64,000 nucleotides of DNA from Clostridia bacterium. GTDB lineage: Bacteria; Bacillota; Clostridia; Christensenellales; UBA1242. Location of the stretch: the NCBI GenBank assembly GCA_017467625.1, contig JAFUSN010000004.1:146259-210258 (forward strand). The letters are read 5' to 3'. The notes beneath the pieces were generated by a model. That model saw only the letters and a program-made list of their open reading frames with translations, was not told where the DNA came from and did no database searches. Shown in pieces: positions 1-9,785 of this stretch. Numbering within the stretch: position 1 is the stretch's first letter; each line of letters begins with the position of its first letter. The position numbers were made by a program, and so were the translations under genes.

Positions 1-329
1 ACGGTTGAATTATTAATAGTTTCATTAATATTAAAGGCAAGTTTTGTTAAACGAATATAAAAAACTTTGGAAATTTTGCGTGAAATAAATTTATATAAAA
101 TAAAAAATATAGTTTCCAAAAGGTCACATAAAAAAACATACAACAAATTTAATTTTGCCTGCTTAAAATCATAAATTGTGAGTGAAGAAATAACTCTTGC
201 GGCAAAAATAGGTGAAAAAATTGAAAGTACTGTTGGAACTAAAATTAAAAAAACTAAAAATATGCACGGTAAAATTTTTAAGTGTGCAAATTTATAGTAT
301 GAATGAATTGCTTTTAAATTTTTAAACAT
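1..329 (-). CDS. Partial CDS (N-terminus only, runs off the window): membrane domain resembling an ABC exporter permease
   Basis: My manual reverse translation from the ATG at 329 is open to position 1 (MFKNLKAIHSYYKFAHLKILPCIFLVFLILVPTVLSIFSPIFAARVISSL...). It is hydrophobic and looks like a helical N-terminus. It is absent from the ORF track because it is truncated by the window edge. Confidence 0.4.
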   Translation of the reverse strand, partial: MFKNLKAIHSYYKFAHLKILPCIFLVFLILVPTVLSIFSPIFAARVISSLTIYDFKQAKLNLLYVFLCDLLETIFFILYKFISRKISKVFYIRLTKLAFNINETINNST

Positions 330-429
330 AGTGATTAAAGTTACCTAAAAATATTGTAAAATCAATATTTTTCATTTATAATGAAATTGTTGACAGAAAT
401 CTTTATTTTAATTCTTCAAGGGGAAAAAT

Positions 430-918
430 ATGAAAAATAATCAAAAGAAACAAATATTTAATAAATGGGACAAAAGATTTATGGATTTAGCCAAGCTTGT
501 TTCAACGTGGAGCACATGTGTGAGAAGTGGAAGGCAAGTTGGATCTGTAATCGTTCAAGATAAAAGAATTATTGCAACAGGGTATAATGGTGCGCCCAGT
601 GGCGTTACAAGTTGTTTAGAAAGAGGAGAGTGCTTGCGAGATAAGCTTGGAATTCCAAGTGGGACAAGACAAGAAGTTTGTTATGCAACCCACGCTGAGC
701 AAAATGCGCTTGTTCAAGCTGCAAAACTTGGAATTTCAACCAACGGTGCAACAATTTATGTAACCCATCAACCATGCACAATTTGCACCAAACTTTTAAT
801 TAATGCTGGAATAAAGAGAATTGTTTACGGATATAATTATCCAGATGAGTTTAGTTTAAATTTATTAAAAGAAGCAGGCATTGAAATTGAGTGTATTCCA
901 TATTCTGAAGGAGAATAA
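430..918 (+). CDS. comEB: dCMP (deoxycytidylate) deaminase
   Basis: 162 aa with the cytidine/dCMP deaminase zinc motifs HAEQNAL and [10 protein letters not shown] purine-rich RBS (aagggga) lies upstream. Confidence 0.9.
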   Translation: MKNNQKKQIFNKWDKRFMDLAKLVSTWSTCVRSGRQVGSVIVQDKRIIATGYNGAPSGVTSCLERGECLRDKLGIPSGTRQEVCYATHAEQNALVQAAKLGISTNGATIYVTHQPCTICTKLLINAGIKRIVYGYNYPDEFSLNLLKEAGIEIECIPYSEGE

Positions 919-921
919 TTT

Positions 922-3192
922 ATGGAAATAATGAGTATTGTTACTATTGTTGCTGGTGTGATTTTGTTACTTGGTTTGCTTTTAGGCTTGGTTAGAGGTT
1001 GGAAAAAATCACTAGCGAAAACATTGATTTTAATTGTGAATATTGTTCTTTCAATTGTGTTTGCACCGATTCTTGGATCTGCACTAGTTGGAAAATTTAC
1101 AAATGGAACAACGGTTCAAGTTGCTTCATTTAGGGTGGATTTTTTAGAGATAATTAAATCAATTGTCGGAGAAAGTGGTGCAAGTGATTTATCTGCCGCC
1201 ACTGAAACAACACAAAATCTTGCAAGAGCATTAATGAATTTGGCTGTTAATATTGCTGCATTTTTAATTCTGTTTATTTTTATTGGAATTATTGCAACAA
1301 TAATTTATTGGATTGCGAGTGCCGCAGTGAAATCATCACAAAAGAAAAATGGGACACTTAAAGAAAAAGGAATTGGCAATCGTGCAATTGGTGGTGGAAT
1401 TGGACTTATTGGTGGACTTGTGTTTTTATTTGCTTTGTTTATTCCGGTTTTTGGAGTGATGAATATTTGTGATAAACTTATTGAAGAGGAAACAACAAAC
1501 GAGTCAGCTTCAGCTTATGCAATTACCGCACCATTAAACACCATTGCTGCAAAACATTATTACACAGAAAATGAAAAAATTGGTAAAGTTGAAACATACG
1601 TTGAAAAATATGCCGAATTTAAAGAAAAGTATAATAAATCAATTGTGGGGTCAGTTTTTAATTTTACTAAAATCAACAAAGTTGGTGAACTTTCATTTGA
1701 GAGGCTAACAAATGTTAAATCAGGAAATTTAACATTGGATTTTAAAAACGAAATTGTGTCAGCAATTAGAACCTATAATGCATTTAAAAATACATTCATT
1801 GAAAACACTTTTGATGTAACAAATAATAATTCAATTGATGGTGCATTAACCATTTATAAAGAGGCTGTTAAATCTGAAACCATTAGGCAATATGTCATTG
1901 ATTTAGTTCCAACGCTTTGTGCAAGATGGTCAAACGGTGAATCCTTTATGGGAATTAATTTACCGGTTGATAATAAATATAAAGACTTAGTTATTTCAAT
2001 TTTAAATGTTTTTAATGTAAGCCAAATTGAAATAATTAACAACAATGTTGAAGTTATTGGAAAAACCATAAAGAAAATAAATGATCCATATCAAATTATT
2101 AAAAAAGTTAAAAACGGCGAAAATATTGTTGATGTTTTGACAGATTGTGATGGTGCAGTTAAAGACATTATTATTGAATTGTCAAAATCACAAGAATTTA
2201 GAAGAGCAATCCCAATAACATTAAATAATGTCATGGAACTTGTTTATGAAATTATTCTTGAGAATGAAATTGAATTTACTTCCACTTTGACAAATGAAGA
2301 AATTGATAAGTTAAATTGGGAAGGAGAAGCAACAAAAATTCAAAACATTATCACTAATTTCCTTAATATTTATAATTCATATGTTGGTGGAGCCAGCGAT
2401 GCCACAAATCTTGCAGATAAACTTGAAAATATAGGTGATATTATTGACAGTGCAAGAACATCAAAACTCTTGGGGCCAACGCTCAAAGTTGTTATTAGAG
2501 ATTATTTAACATCAAACAAACTTGGACTTGATGAAAACACAAGAAATAAAATTGAAGAGTATATAAACAATAACTGGGAAACCGAGGATTATAGCTTTAA
2601 AGAGGTGTTTAAAACAATTCAAGAAACAATTAATGTTGTAACAGAAATTGTTAACGAAGTTAATAATATTTCTCTTGAAAGTCTTGAAACAATTATTGTA
2701 AAAATCACTGAAAACGAAACCGTGAAAAATACAATTAAAGATTTGATTATTGGCGAAGACGGAATTATTAAACAGGTTGTTGGGGAAGATTCTTCAAATT
2801 CACAATCAATTGAAGTTATGACAGATTTACTTGAAACATTTATTGATAATTCAACTGCTGAAACTGTTCATAATGATATACTTGCAGCCAGTGAAATTGT
2901 TAACGTTGTTTCAAATTCACTTGCAAATGAAAACCATATAACTTTAAATGGTGAAACCAATGAAGAAAAACAACAATCAGCAGATGACCTTGTTGATAAA
3001 ATTGTTAACTCAAATGCAATTATGATGCTTCTTGAAACGGCAGAGTCAAGCTCAGATTCAGCATTAAATGAAATTATTGGAAATCTTGACGGTGAAGTTT
3101 CATTTATTAAAGACAGCATCTCAAATTTAGATGAAGCAGATCCAGACATGGCTGCAAAAAAAGCAGTGCTTGAGTCACTATTCAATCTTTAA
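922..3192 (+). CDS. Large membrane protein: CvpA-like multi-TM N-terminus plus a long acidic Asn/Ile/Glu-rich C-terminal region
   Basis: 756-aa ORF that starts 3 nt after comEB. Hydrophobic segments occur in roughly the first 190 aa. I recognised no motif in the remainder. A strong terminator follows. Confidence 0.6.
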   Translation: MEIMSIVTIVAGVILLLGLLLGLVRGWKKSLAKTLILIVNIVLSIVFAPILGSALVGKFTNGTTVQVASFRVDFLEIIKSIVGESGASDLSAATETTQNLARALMNLAVNIAAFLILFIFIGIIATIIYWIASAAVKSSQKKNGTLKEKGIGNRAIGGGIGLIGGLVFLFALFIPVFGVMNICDKLIEEETTNESASAYAITAPLNTIAAKHYYTENEKIGKVETYVEKYAEFKEKYNKSIVGSVFNFTKINKVGELSFERLTNVKSGNLTLDFKNEIVSAIRTYNAFKNTFIENTFDVTNNNSIDGALTIYKEAVKSETIRQYVIDLVPTLCARWSNGESFMGINLPVDNKYKDLVISILNVFNVSQIEIINNNVEVIGKTIKKINDPYQIIKKVKNGENIVDVLTDCDGAVKDIIIELSKSQEFRRAIPITLNNVMELVYEIILENEIEFTSTLTNEEIDKLNWEGEATKIQNIITNFLNIYNSYVGGASDATNLADKLENIGDIIDSARTSKLLGPTLKVVIRDYLTSNKLGLDENTRNKIEEYINNNWETEDYSFKEVFKTIQETINVVTEIVNEVNNISLESLETIIVKITENETVKNTIKDLIIGEDGIIKQVVGEDSSNSQSIEVMTDLLETFIDNSTAETVHNDILAASEIVNVVSNSLANENHITLNGETNEEKQQSADDLVDKIVNSNAIMMLLETAESSSDSALNEIIGNLDGEVSFIKDSISNLDEADPDMAAKKAVLESLFNL

Positions 3193-3198
3193 ATAAAA

Positions 3199-3226
3199 AG
3201 CGTGGAAGTGTTCCACGCTTTTTTCT
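3199..3226 (+). terminator. Rho-independent terminator
   Basis: Hairpin agcgtggaa-gtg-ttccacgct followed by a T-run. Confidence 0.8.
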
Positions 3227-3286
3227 TTTAAAAAAAGTATACAAAAATAATCCTTTTATGATAATATACTTATGTAAGAGGATATT

Positions 3287-4222
3287 ATGAAAAGAAAAGA
3301 AGAAAATAAAATACCGGTAATTTTAAATTGCGACACTGGTATTGATGATGCTGTCGCTTTAATTTTGGCTGTTAAATCAAATAAACTTGATATAAAGTTA
3401 ATCACCACAGATGTTGGAAATGTTGCAACAGATAGGGCGGCTTTAAACACCTTAAACATTTTGGAACTTATTGGTGCGCCAATAATTCCTGTTGTTGCAG
3501 GAGAGGGAAAGTGTTTTGAAATTGAGCGTCCAAGAGTTGCTGTTCATGGAAATGGGGGCCTCGGTGAATTTATTTTTGAGCCACATGACAGAAATGTGAT
3601 TCAGGCAGATGCAGTTGACAGAATGTATGAGGTTTTAATGTCATCAAGTGAACCAGTAACAATTATTTGTGTTTCACCAACAACAAATGTTGCAAAACTA
3701 GTGACTAGATATCCAAAGTGCAAAAACAGAATTGCAAGAGTTGTTTTAATGGCTGGTACAATTGAAGAGGTTAAAAGAAATGAAATGCCTTATCCAGAAT
3801 TCAACATTGCGTGTGATCCTGAGGCGGGTGTTGCACTTTTTAAGTCAGGAGTTCCAATTGAAATTGTTCCAATGGAAATGGGGCACACCGCTTATTTGAC
3901 ATGGAGCGAAGTTTTTAAAACAAAAGTTAAAAATTACACTGGTGCAGTGCTTGAAAATATTTATAGGAGTTATAAAGATAGGCATGTTAAAAATGGAATT
4001 GCAACGCATGATGGCTGTGCAATTGCTTATGTAACAAATCCAGAACTTTTTAAAACTAGCCCAGTTAATGCAAAAATTAAATATTTTGACAGCATAAATT
4101 CTGGCGTGCTTGTTATGGATTTTAAAAAGAAACCAAATGCAATCACTTGCGTTTCAATGGATATTCCAAAGTTTAAAAAATTGTATTTTAAATGCTTATC
4201 AATGTGTAAAAAAGAAAAATGA
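3287..4222 (+). CDS. Inosine-uridine preferring nucleoside hydrolase family protein
   Basis: N-terminal DTGIDDAVAL aspartate cluster typical of IU-nucleoside hydrolases. 311 aa. Confidence 0.85.
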   Translation: MKRKEENKIPVILNCDTGIDDAVALILAVKSNKLDIKLITTDVGNVATDRAALNTLNILELIGAPIIPVVAGEGKCFEIERPRVAVHGNGGLGEFIFEPHDRNVIQADAVDRMYEVLMSSSEPVTIICVSPTTNVAKLVTRYPKCKNRIARVVLMAGTIEEVKRNEMPYPEFNIACDPEAGVALFKSGVPIEIVPMEMGHTAYLTWSEVFKTKVKNYTGAVLENIYRSYKDRHVKNGIATHDGCAIAYVTNPELFKTSPVNAKIKYFDSINSGVLVMDFKKKPNAITCVSMDIPKFKKLYFKCLSMCKKEK

Positions 4223-5886
4223 CAAAGAAAAAATCTGAATATGGCATAATCAAAAGTTTTGGACTTTTGTGGAAATTTATGGGAATTCGTGAAAGGATAG
4301 AGTTTATTTCTCTATTCTTTTTTGCCATGATTTCCGCACTTGCAAATGTATATAATGCCCTTATGCCTTCAATTATGATTGCAAAATTTACCGGTGGTGA
4401 TGTTTGGTTTATTAAGGGCGCAAGTTTAGCTGATATGAACATTTGGGTTTTTATGTTGTTGTTTTGTGGATCAATGGGAATATTTTGGGCGTATTATCTT
4501 TTTAATTATCGTTTAATTGATGTGTTTGCAAGAAAGATGATGGCAAAAACCAATGAAAAAGCACAAGAAATTATTTTGCTTGAACGAAAAAATTTAGATT
4601 TTGGAATGACTATTGGTGAAGCAAACTATATTTTGAAAAATGCTGTTGACAACATTTATGCAATGTTTGAGCCGGTTTGTTGGCGATTTGCAATAAACAT
4701 AATGAGCATGATTTTCATGATAATTCAGTTGTTTGTTTTAAACACAACAATTGGATTTGTTGCGCTTGGACTTATTGTTTTAATTTTAACTCTTGTTATG
4801 TTGAGAACAAAAATTGAGGAACCGATTATTCGTGGAATTGAAAAAACCAATGCAAAAATTGGAAACCACTTTTTAATGTCGCTCACAAATCTTCCAATGA
4901 TAACAATTTTTGAATCAAAGAAAAAAGAACTTGAAGAACTCAAAAAACTCAACACATCGTTTTATAAATCGCACAAGAAAAAAGCGAACATAATTTTTTG
5001 GTATTGGACGCTTGTTTCATTTGTTGAATACATTGGACTTGCGGTTTTGCTTGCAACTTATGTAACAATTATTGGAGAGGGTGTTCAAGCCACAAACATA
5101 ACCACAATTATAAATGAAATGCTTGCCGTGTTTGGTTATGTTGAAGTTTGGGGGTATTTGCTTGGAGATCTTCAGGCGGCCTCAATTAAGTTTGGAAATT
5201 TGCGTAAACTTTATCCAGATGATTCACAAGCCTTAAAAGAGAAACGTAAATTTAATGAAGCCGTTGCAAATTCCAAAATTTATAGTTTGAAAGTTGAAGA
5301 TATTGAAGTGAAACTTGGAAACTTCAAAAAAACTTATAATGTTGAATTTGATGCAGGAAAAATTTATGTCATAAGCGGGCAAAGTGGACAGGGAAAAACA
5401 ACTTTAATCAATGCAATGTGTGGGTTGCGTGAAATGACTTCTGGACATATTGTGGTGAATAATAATCATAAGATCAAAAACCTTTATGATTATAAATATA
5501 AAATATCATATTTATTTCAAGATTCAGTTTTGTTTGATAGGAGCATTGAAGCAAATATTGCCTATCCAGAAGATGAACTTAATGAAGAAGCCCAACAGTT
5601 AATTAAGCGTTTTGATTTAACAAAGGTGATAACCAGACAAGAAGAAAAGGGATCAATTGCTGCAACGCTTTCTGGGGGAGAAAAAAAGAGAATTGATATT
5701 GCAAGAACATGTAGCAAAGATAAAGACATTTATTTCTTAGATGAGCCAACCAATGATTTAGATGCAAAAAATGTTTCACGAGTTCTTGAAACAATTAAAG
5801 AACTTGCTGAAAAAAACAAAATTGTTATTGTTGTTTCTCATGATGAGAGATGTATTCAAATTGCTGATGAAATCGTAAATTTATAA
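4219..5886 (+). CDS. ABC transporter, fused permease/ATP-binding protein
   Basis: N-terminal TM region. Walker A GQSGQGKTT, signature LSGGEKKR, Walker B IYFLDEPT. ATGA overlap with the upstream gene. Confidence 0.85.
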   Translation: MTKKKSEYGIIKSFGLLWKFMGIRERIEFISLFFFAMISALANVYNALMPSIMIAKFTGGDVWFIKGASLADMNIWVFMLLFCGSMGIFWAYYLFNYRLIDVFARKMMAKTNEKAQEIILLERKNLDFGMTIGEANYILKNAVDNIYAMFEPVCWRFAINIMSMIFMIIQLFVLNTTIGFVALGLIVLILTLVMLRTKIEEPIIRGIEKTNAKIGNHFLMSLTNLPMITIFESKKKELEELKKLNTSFYKSHKKKANIIFWYWTLVSFVEYIGLAVLLATYVTIIGEGVQATNITTIINEMLAVFGYVEVWGYLLGDLQAASIKFGNLRKLYPDDSQALKEKRKFNEAVANSKIYSLKVEDIEVKLGNFKKTYNVEFDAGKIYVISGQSGQGKTTLINAMCGLREMTSGHIVVNNNHKIKNLYDYKYKISYLFQDSVLFDRSIEANIAYPEDELNEEAQQLIKRFDLTKVITRQEEKGSIAATLSGGEKKRIDIARTCSKDKDIYFLDEPTNDLDAKNVSRVLETIKELAEKNKIVIVVSHDERCIQIADEIVNL

Positions 5887-5918
5887 AAGGAGTGATGGCT
5901 CCTTTTATTTTTTTTTTA
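5886..5918 (+). terminator. Rho-independent terminator
   Basis: Hairpin aaaggag-tgatgg-ctccttt followed by a long T-run. Confidence 0.75.
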
Positions 5919-5986
5919 ATTTGGTGGCACGGGTTTAACCATTTTGCCTAAATTGTGTGTTATGATGGTTTTAGCAGGGGGCAAAA

Positions 5987-7504
5987 ATGGCAAATATAAT
6001 TAATCTCACTGAAAAGGGGAACAGACTTGACATAACCGACACCTACACACCAATTGTGTGTGGAAATTCAAACTATTCTATTCATTTTTCTTTTAGTGAA
6101 ATGTGGCAAAGTGTGGTTCATAAAACCGCAATTTTTATTGTTGAAGGCAAAAAATATGCCGTTGATTTCACAGGAACCGATGTAAAAGTTCCAGCGCTTC
6201 CAAATGCGCCATTTGTTTTTGTGGCACTTATTTCTGCAGATGAGGGAGATGAAATCATTTCAACAACAGCCGTTAGGCTTAGACTGGAAAAAACACCCAT
6301 TTTAGATGACATGGGTGATTTTAGCCCAGTAAAAAACTATATAAGTCAAATTAACACGCTTCTTAATAAAATTGAAACGGGTGATTTTGTGGTTAATCAA
6401 GCAGAAAATGCCATCCATGCAGAAAGTGCAACAATTGCAACTTCTGCCACCTCTGCTGAAAGCGCGTCTTATGCAGAAACAGCCGGCAGCGCATCAACAG
6501 CCGAAAGTGCTGATTATGCAACGAGTTCCGGACACTCTGAAACTGCTGGCTCTGCAACAAGCGCTAACACAGCAACTACTGCAACCACTGCAGACAATGC
6601 AACGCATGCAACCACTGCAGACAACGCAACGCATGCAACTAGTGCAGACACGGCCACAACTGCAACAAATGCAACTAGTGCAGACAATGCAACACATGCA
6701 ACCAGTGCAGATACAGCCACAACCGCAGCAAATGCAACGCATGCAACTAGTGCAGATTCTGCAACCACTGCGGAAACATCTGCAAATGCAACATATGCAA
6801 CAAGTGCTGGAACGGCCTCAGTTGCAATAGCTGCACAAAATGTTTCAAATGTAAATTTGCTTATTAATGGCGATTTTAAAATAAACCAAAGAGGGAAAAC
6901 CACATATTCAACAGCAAACAAATATACTGTGGACAGGTGGAAGCTTGTTAGTGGTTCATTGTCAGTTGTTTCAAATGGAATAAACTTAAATGGAACAATA
7001 ACTCAAACATTAGAAAAAGTTCCACAGGGAAATGTTGCTGTAAGCTCAAATGCTGGGACTGTTTCTTATTCAAACGGTGTAGTAACGCTCACAGCTTCAA
7101 ACAAAGTTATAACATGGGTAAAGCTTGAAATTGGAAGCGCAAAAACACCATTTTCACCTAAAACATATGCGGAAGAACTAAGTGATTGCCAACGTTATTA
7201 CAACAAGCTGAATGTTGCTTATTTGAATGGTTTCAACTCAGGGAATGATATTCGTTCTGTTCGTGCATTTCTTCCACTTCCGGTTGAAATGAAGTCAGGT
7301 GTTTCGCTCATTAAAGAAAACACAAGGTGTTGGATTCATGGCTCATCTGGATATTTTGGTGAAGCCACAAATATTGAATTATTTGGCAGATATTCAAATG
7401 GACTTGCTTTAACAATTACGTTAAGTTCAAGTGTTAGCCCAGCAGCAGATGTAACCTTTATTTGTGAAATAACAAACAATATTGAATTTGAATCTGAAAT
7501 ATAA
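5987..7504 (+). CDS. Phage tail-fibre-like protein (orphan) with an Ala/Thr/Ser-rich repeat shaft
   Basis: 505 aa. The central section of about 145 aa consists of A/T/S repeats (ADNATHAT/SADTATTA). The C-terminal region carries NLLINGDFKINQRG and ELSDCQRYY, motifs I associate with phage tail-fibre tip domains. AGGGGG RBS. Own terminator. Confidence 0.6.
   Translation: MANIINLTEKGNRLDITDTYTPIVCGNSNYSIHFSFSEMWQSVVHKTAIFIVEGKKYAVDFTGTDVKVPALPNAPFVFVALISADEGDEIISTTAVRLRLEKTPILDDMGDFSPVKNYISQINTLLNKIETGDFVVNQAENAIHAESATIATSATSAESASYAETAGSASTAESADYATSSGHSETAGSATSANTATTATTADNATHATTADNATHATSADTATTATNATSADNATHATSADTATTAANATHATSADSATTAETSANATYATSAGTASVAIAAQNVSNVNLLINGDFKINQRGKTTYSTANKYTVDRWKLVSGSLSVVSNGINLNGTITQTLEKVPQGNVAVSSNAGTVSYSNGVVTLTASNKVITWVKLEIGSAKTPFSPKTYAEELSDCQRYYNKLNVAYLNGFNSGNDIRSVRAFLPLPVEMKSGVSLIKENTRCWIHGSSGYFGEATNIELFGRYSNGLALTITLSSSVSPAADVTFICEITNNIEFESEI
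6587..6775 (+). repeat. In-frame imperfect tandem repeats (27-nt core unit ACTGCAGACAATGCAACGCATGCAACC, with 36- and 45-nt variants)
   Basis: Directly visible: units begin at 6587, 6614, 6641, 6677, 6704 and 6749. The wider low-complexity A/T/S-coding tract spans about 6401-6841. Confidence 0.8.
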
Positions 7505-7506
7505 AA

Positions 7507-7524
7507 AGACGCAATTTAGCGTCT
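7507..7524. terminator. Bidirectional terminator hairpin between convergent genes
   Basis: agacgc-aattta-gcgtct flanked by an A-run and a T-run. Confidence 0.65.
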
Positions 7525-8568
7525 TTTTATTTTGTGATAAATTTTTAATAAAAATTTTTTAAGTTTTCCGTTGCCAGCAGTCAAAAATTTAAATTTAGTT
7601 AAAATAATTTTATCTAAATGGGAAATGTGGTATAACTTTTTGCGCTGCTTAATTTCTTTTTTCGTAAACTGTTTCAGTTGTTTGCATTCTTCAAAAAAGG
7701 CATAGCATTTTTCCCCATAAAATTTAATTTTTTCAATATCGTTTTTTGAAACTTTTTTTGACTGAATAAATTTTTTGTAGTAATAACCAAAGCGTTCAAA
7801 TAAAAGTTCTTCAGTAACACACAACAGTTCCGGGTTTAGTTCAAGTGATTTATAAAGTTCAATTCTTTCAAAAATAGCATCAAGGTCATCAAAGTGTTTT
7901 GCAACAGACGAACTCGTCATAATGCTTCCTGAGCGAATTCGGTAAAAATATTTACAAGCACTTGTTGTTGCAACTTTATTGCACTTCAAATAAATTTTGT
8001 GGGCAACAAATTGATCTTCATTAATTTTTCCAACAGGGTAGGTTATTCCATTAAAAAGTTCTTTTTTATAAAGCTTACACATCGCAACAACAAAGGGCAT
8101 TGTGTTTCCAGGTTTAAGCATAAAAAGTGTTTCGGTTGAAGTCAAAATATTGTCACCAACATCAAAATTATAATCTGGCTCACCTGAATCATGTTTTTGA
8201 CAAATTCCACAAATTGAAACATCTGCTTTTGCTTGTTTTAATGAGTTGTAAAGTGTTTCAAAATAATTGAGATCTAAATAGTCATCGCTATCAACAAATG
8301 AAAGATATGCTCCCGTTGAAATTTCAATTCCAACATTTCGAGCTGAGGATAGGCCTCCATTAGTTTTGTGAATAACAACAATGCGTGAATCTTGTTTTGC
8401 AAAATCGTCACACATTTTTCCTGAATTATCAAGGCTTCCGTCATCAACTAAAATAATTTCCAAGTTTTTATATGTTTGATTAAGAACACTGTGTATACAT
8501 TCATTTAAGTATTTTTCAACATTAAAAACAGGGATTATAACTGAAATTTTTTCCATAATTTTTTCCAA
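7516..8568 (-). CDS. Glycosyltransferase family 2
   Basis: ISVIIPVFNVEKYLNECIHSVLNQTY...ILVDDGSLD and a DSDD motif, consistent with a GT-A fold. Confidence 0.85.
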   Translation of the reverse strand: MEKIMEKISVIIPVFNVEKYLNECIHSVLNQTYKNLEIILVDDGSLDNSGKMCDDFAKQDSRIVVIHKTNGGLSSARNVGIEISTGAYLSFVDSDDYLDLNYFETLYNSLKQAKADVSICGICQKHDSGEPDYNFDVGDNILTSTETLFMLKPGNTMPFVVAMCKLYKKELFNGITYPVGKINEDQFVAHKIYLKCNKVATTSACKYFYRIRSGSIMTSSSVAKHFDDLDAIFERIELYKSLELNPELLCVTEELLFERFGYYYKKFIQSKKVSKNDIEKIKFYGEKCYAFFEECKQLKQFTKKEIKQRKKLYHISHLDKIILTKFKFLTAGNGKLKKFLLKIYHKIKRR

Positions 8569-8582
8569 TAAAATATTTTAAA

Positions 8583-9785
8583 CTAAGCTATGGCATTTTC
8601 GGGTAGGGTTCGGTTTTGTTTAAACCAATCTGTTTCCTTTAAAATGGTTGTATTATTTGAACATGAAACCGTAGAATTGTTTGTTCCAGAAGAATGAACA
8701 ACAATATTTCCATTAAACGAGGTAAATGTTCCTGCGTTATAGTCAATGCAAAGCGTTGTTACAAAAATTTGTTTTGTGTAAATTGAAACCCTGTCAACAA
8801 ATTCTTGAGTTGGAAACTGATTTTCATTCTTTTTAGTATATTCGCTTGATCCTGCACAGCAACAAACACAAACAATTTTTGGTTGAATAACGTTTAAAAG
8901 TGCTTCACTTGAAGATGTTTTTGAACCATGGTGTCCAGCCTTATAAAGTTCAACAGGTCCAAGCGAGTTTTCTTCAACAAGTGACTGTTCGCCATCCTTT
9001 TCAAGGTCACCAGTAAACAGGTATTTTTTTGTTCCTTGAACAATTTGAAAACAAACAGAGAAATTGTTTTCGGTTGATGTTTCATCTTTGTTTGATTCCT
9101 CATAGAACTTTTGATATAAAAACTCTAAAGAAATTCCATTTTCAAGCGAGTAAGTTCTTTGCGACGCAACTCCATTAACAATTTCGTTATTCCAACAGTT
9201 TAGAGCAGTGAAAACATTTGTTCCAGTTGATTTAACTTCCGTTAATTCACGATCAAAATTTTTAAACATTGCGTTGGCTGTTGTTTTGTGTGTTTGAGCA
9301 AATGTTACAACCGTTTCAATTGACCTTCCGTCTTTTGAGTAATAATCAAAAAGACTTTCGGTGTTTGCAGGCGTTACAAACCCAGCATAGTGATCTTCAT
9401 GGGCATGGGTGATAATGATATACTCTAAAACATTATCAGTGCAGTATGTATCAATGTAAGATTCTATTGTGTTTATGCTGCTTGCTTTTGATCCCGCATC
9501 AACCAAAATTTCAGTATTTCCAGTTTTAATCAAAACACAGTCTCCGGTATACTTATTTCCAAGTTCAATAAAATGAATTGAAAGATCTTCGCTTTTAATT
9601 TCATCAACATCAATTCCGTCGGCAACAGCAGGTGTTGACGAACCATTGATTTTTGATGGTATTGAATATGACCCTGGAAGTGTTGAATAAACAAAAAATA
9701 CAAAACCAGCAACAAGGCCTAAAATCAAACACAAAATAGAGGTAAAAATATTTTTAGCTTTTGAAAATTGTTGTCTAGCCATCAT
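8583..9785 (-). CDS. Membrane-anchored metallo-beta-lactamase-fold hydrolase (ComEC C-terminal-domain-like)
   Basis: N-terminal TM helix. HAHEDHYAG (HxHxDH) and KAGHHGSKTSSS motifs typical of ComEC/Rec2-related MBL domains. AGGAGG RBS. Confidence 0.75.
   Translation of the reverse strand: MMARQQFSKAKNIFTSILCLILGLVAGFVFFVYSTLPGSYSIPSKINGSSTPAVADGIDVDEIKSEDLSIHFIELGNKYTGDCVLIKTGNTEILVDAGSKASSINTIESYIDTYCTDNVLEYIIITHAHEDHYAGFVTPANTESLFDYYSKDGRSIETVVTFAQTHKTTANAMFKNFDRELTEVKSTGTNVFTALNCWNNEIVNGVASQRTYSLENGISLEFLYQKFYEESNKDETSTENNFSVCFQIVQGTKKYLFTGDLEKDGEQSLVEENSLGPVELYKAGHHGSKTSSSEALLNVIQPKIVCVCCCAGSSEYTKKNENQFPTQEFVDRVSIYTKQIFVTTLCIDYNAGTFTSFNGNIVVHSSGTNNSTVSCSNNTTILKETDWFKQNRTLPENAIA

Noticed and set aside
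6372-6921. Three long ORFs (6372-6830 +, 6494-6742 -, 6514-6921 -) that give Gln/Leu-rich, Cys-rich and Ala/Val-rich proteins
   Set aside because: They lie entirely within the tandem-repeat tract of the tail-fibre-like gene. They are alternative-frame and antisense artefacts of the repeat. None has an RBS, and the sense frame has a coherent domain architecture.
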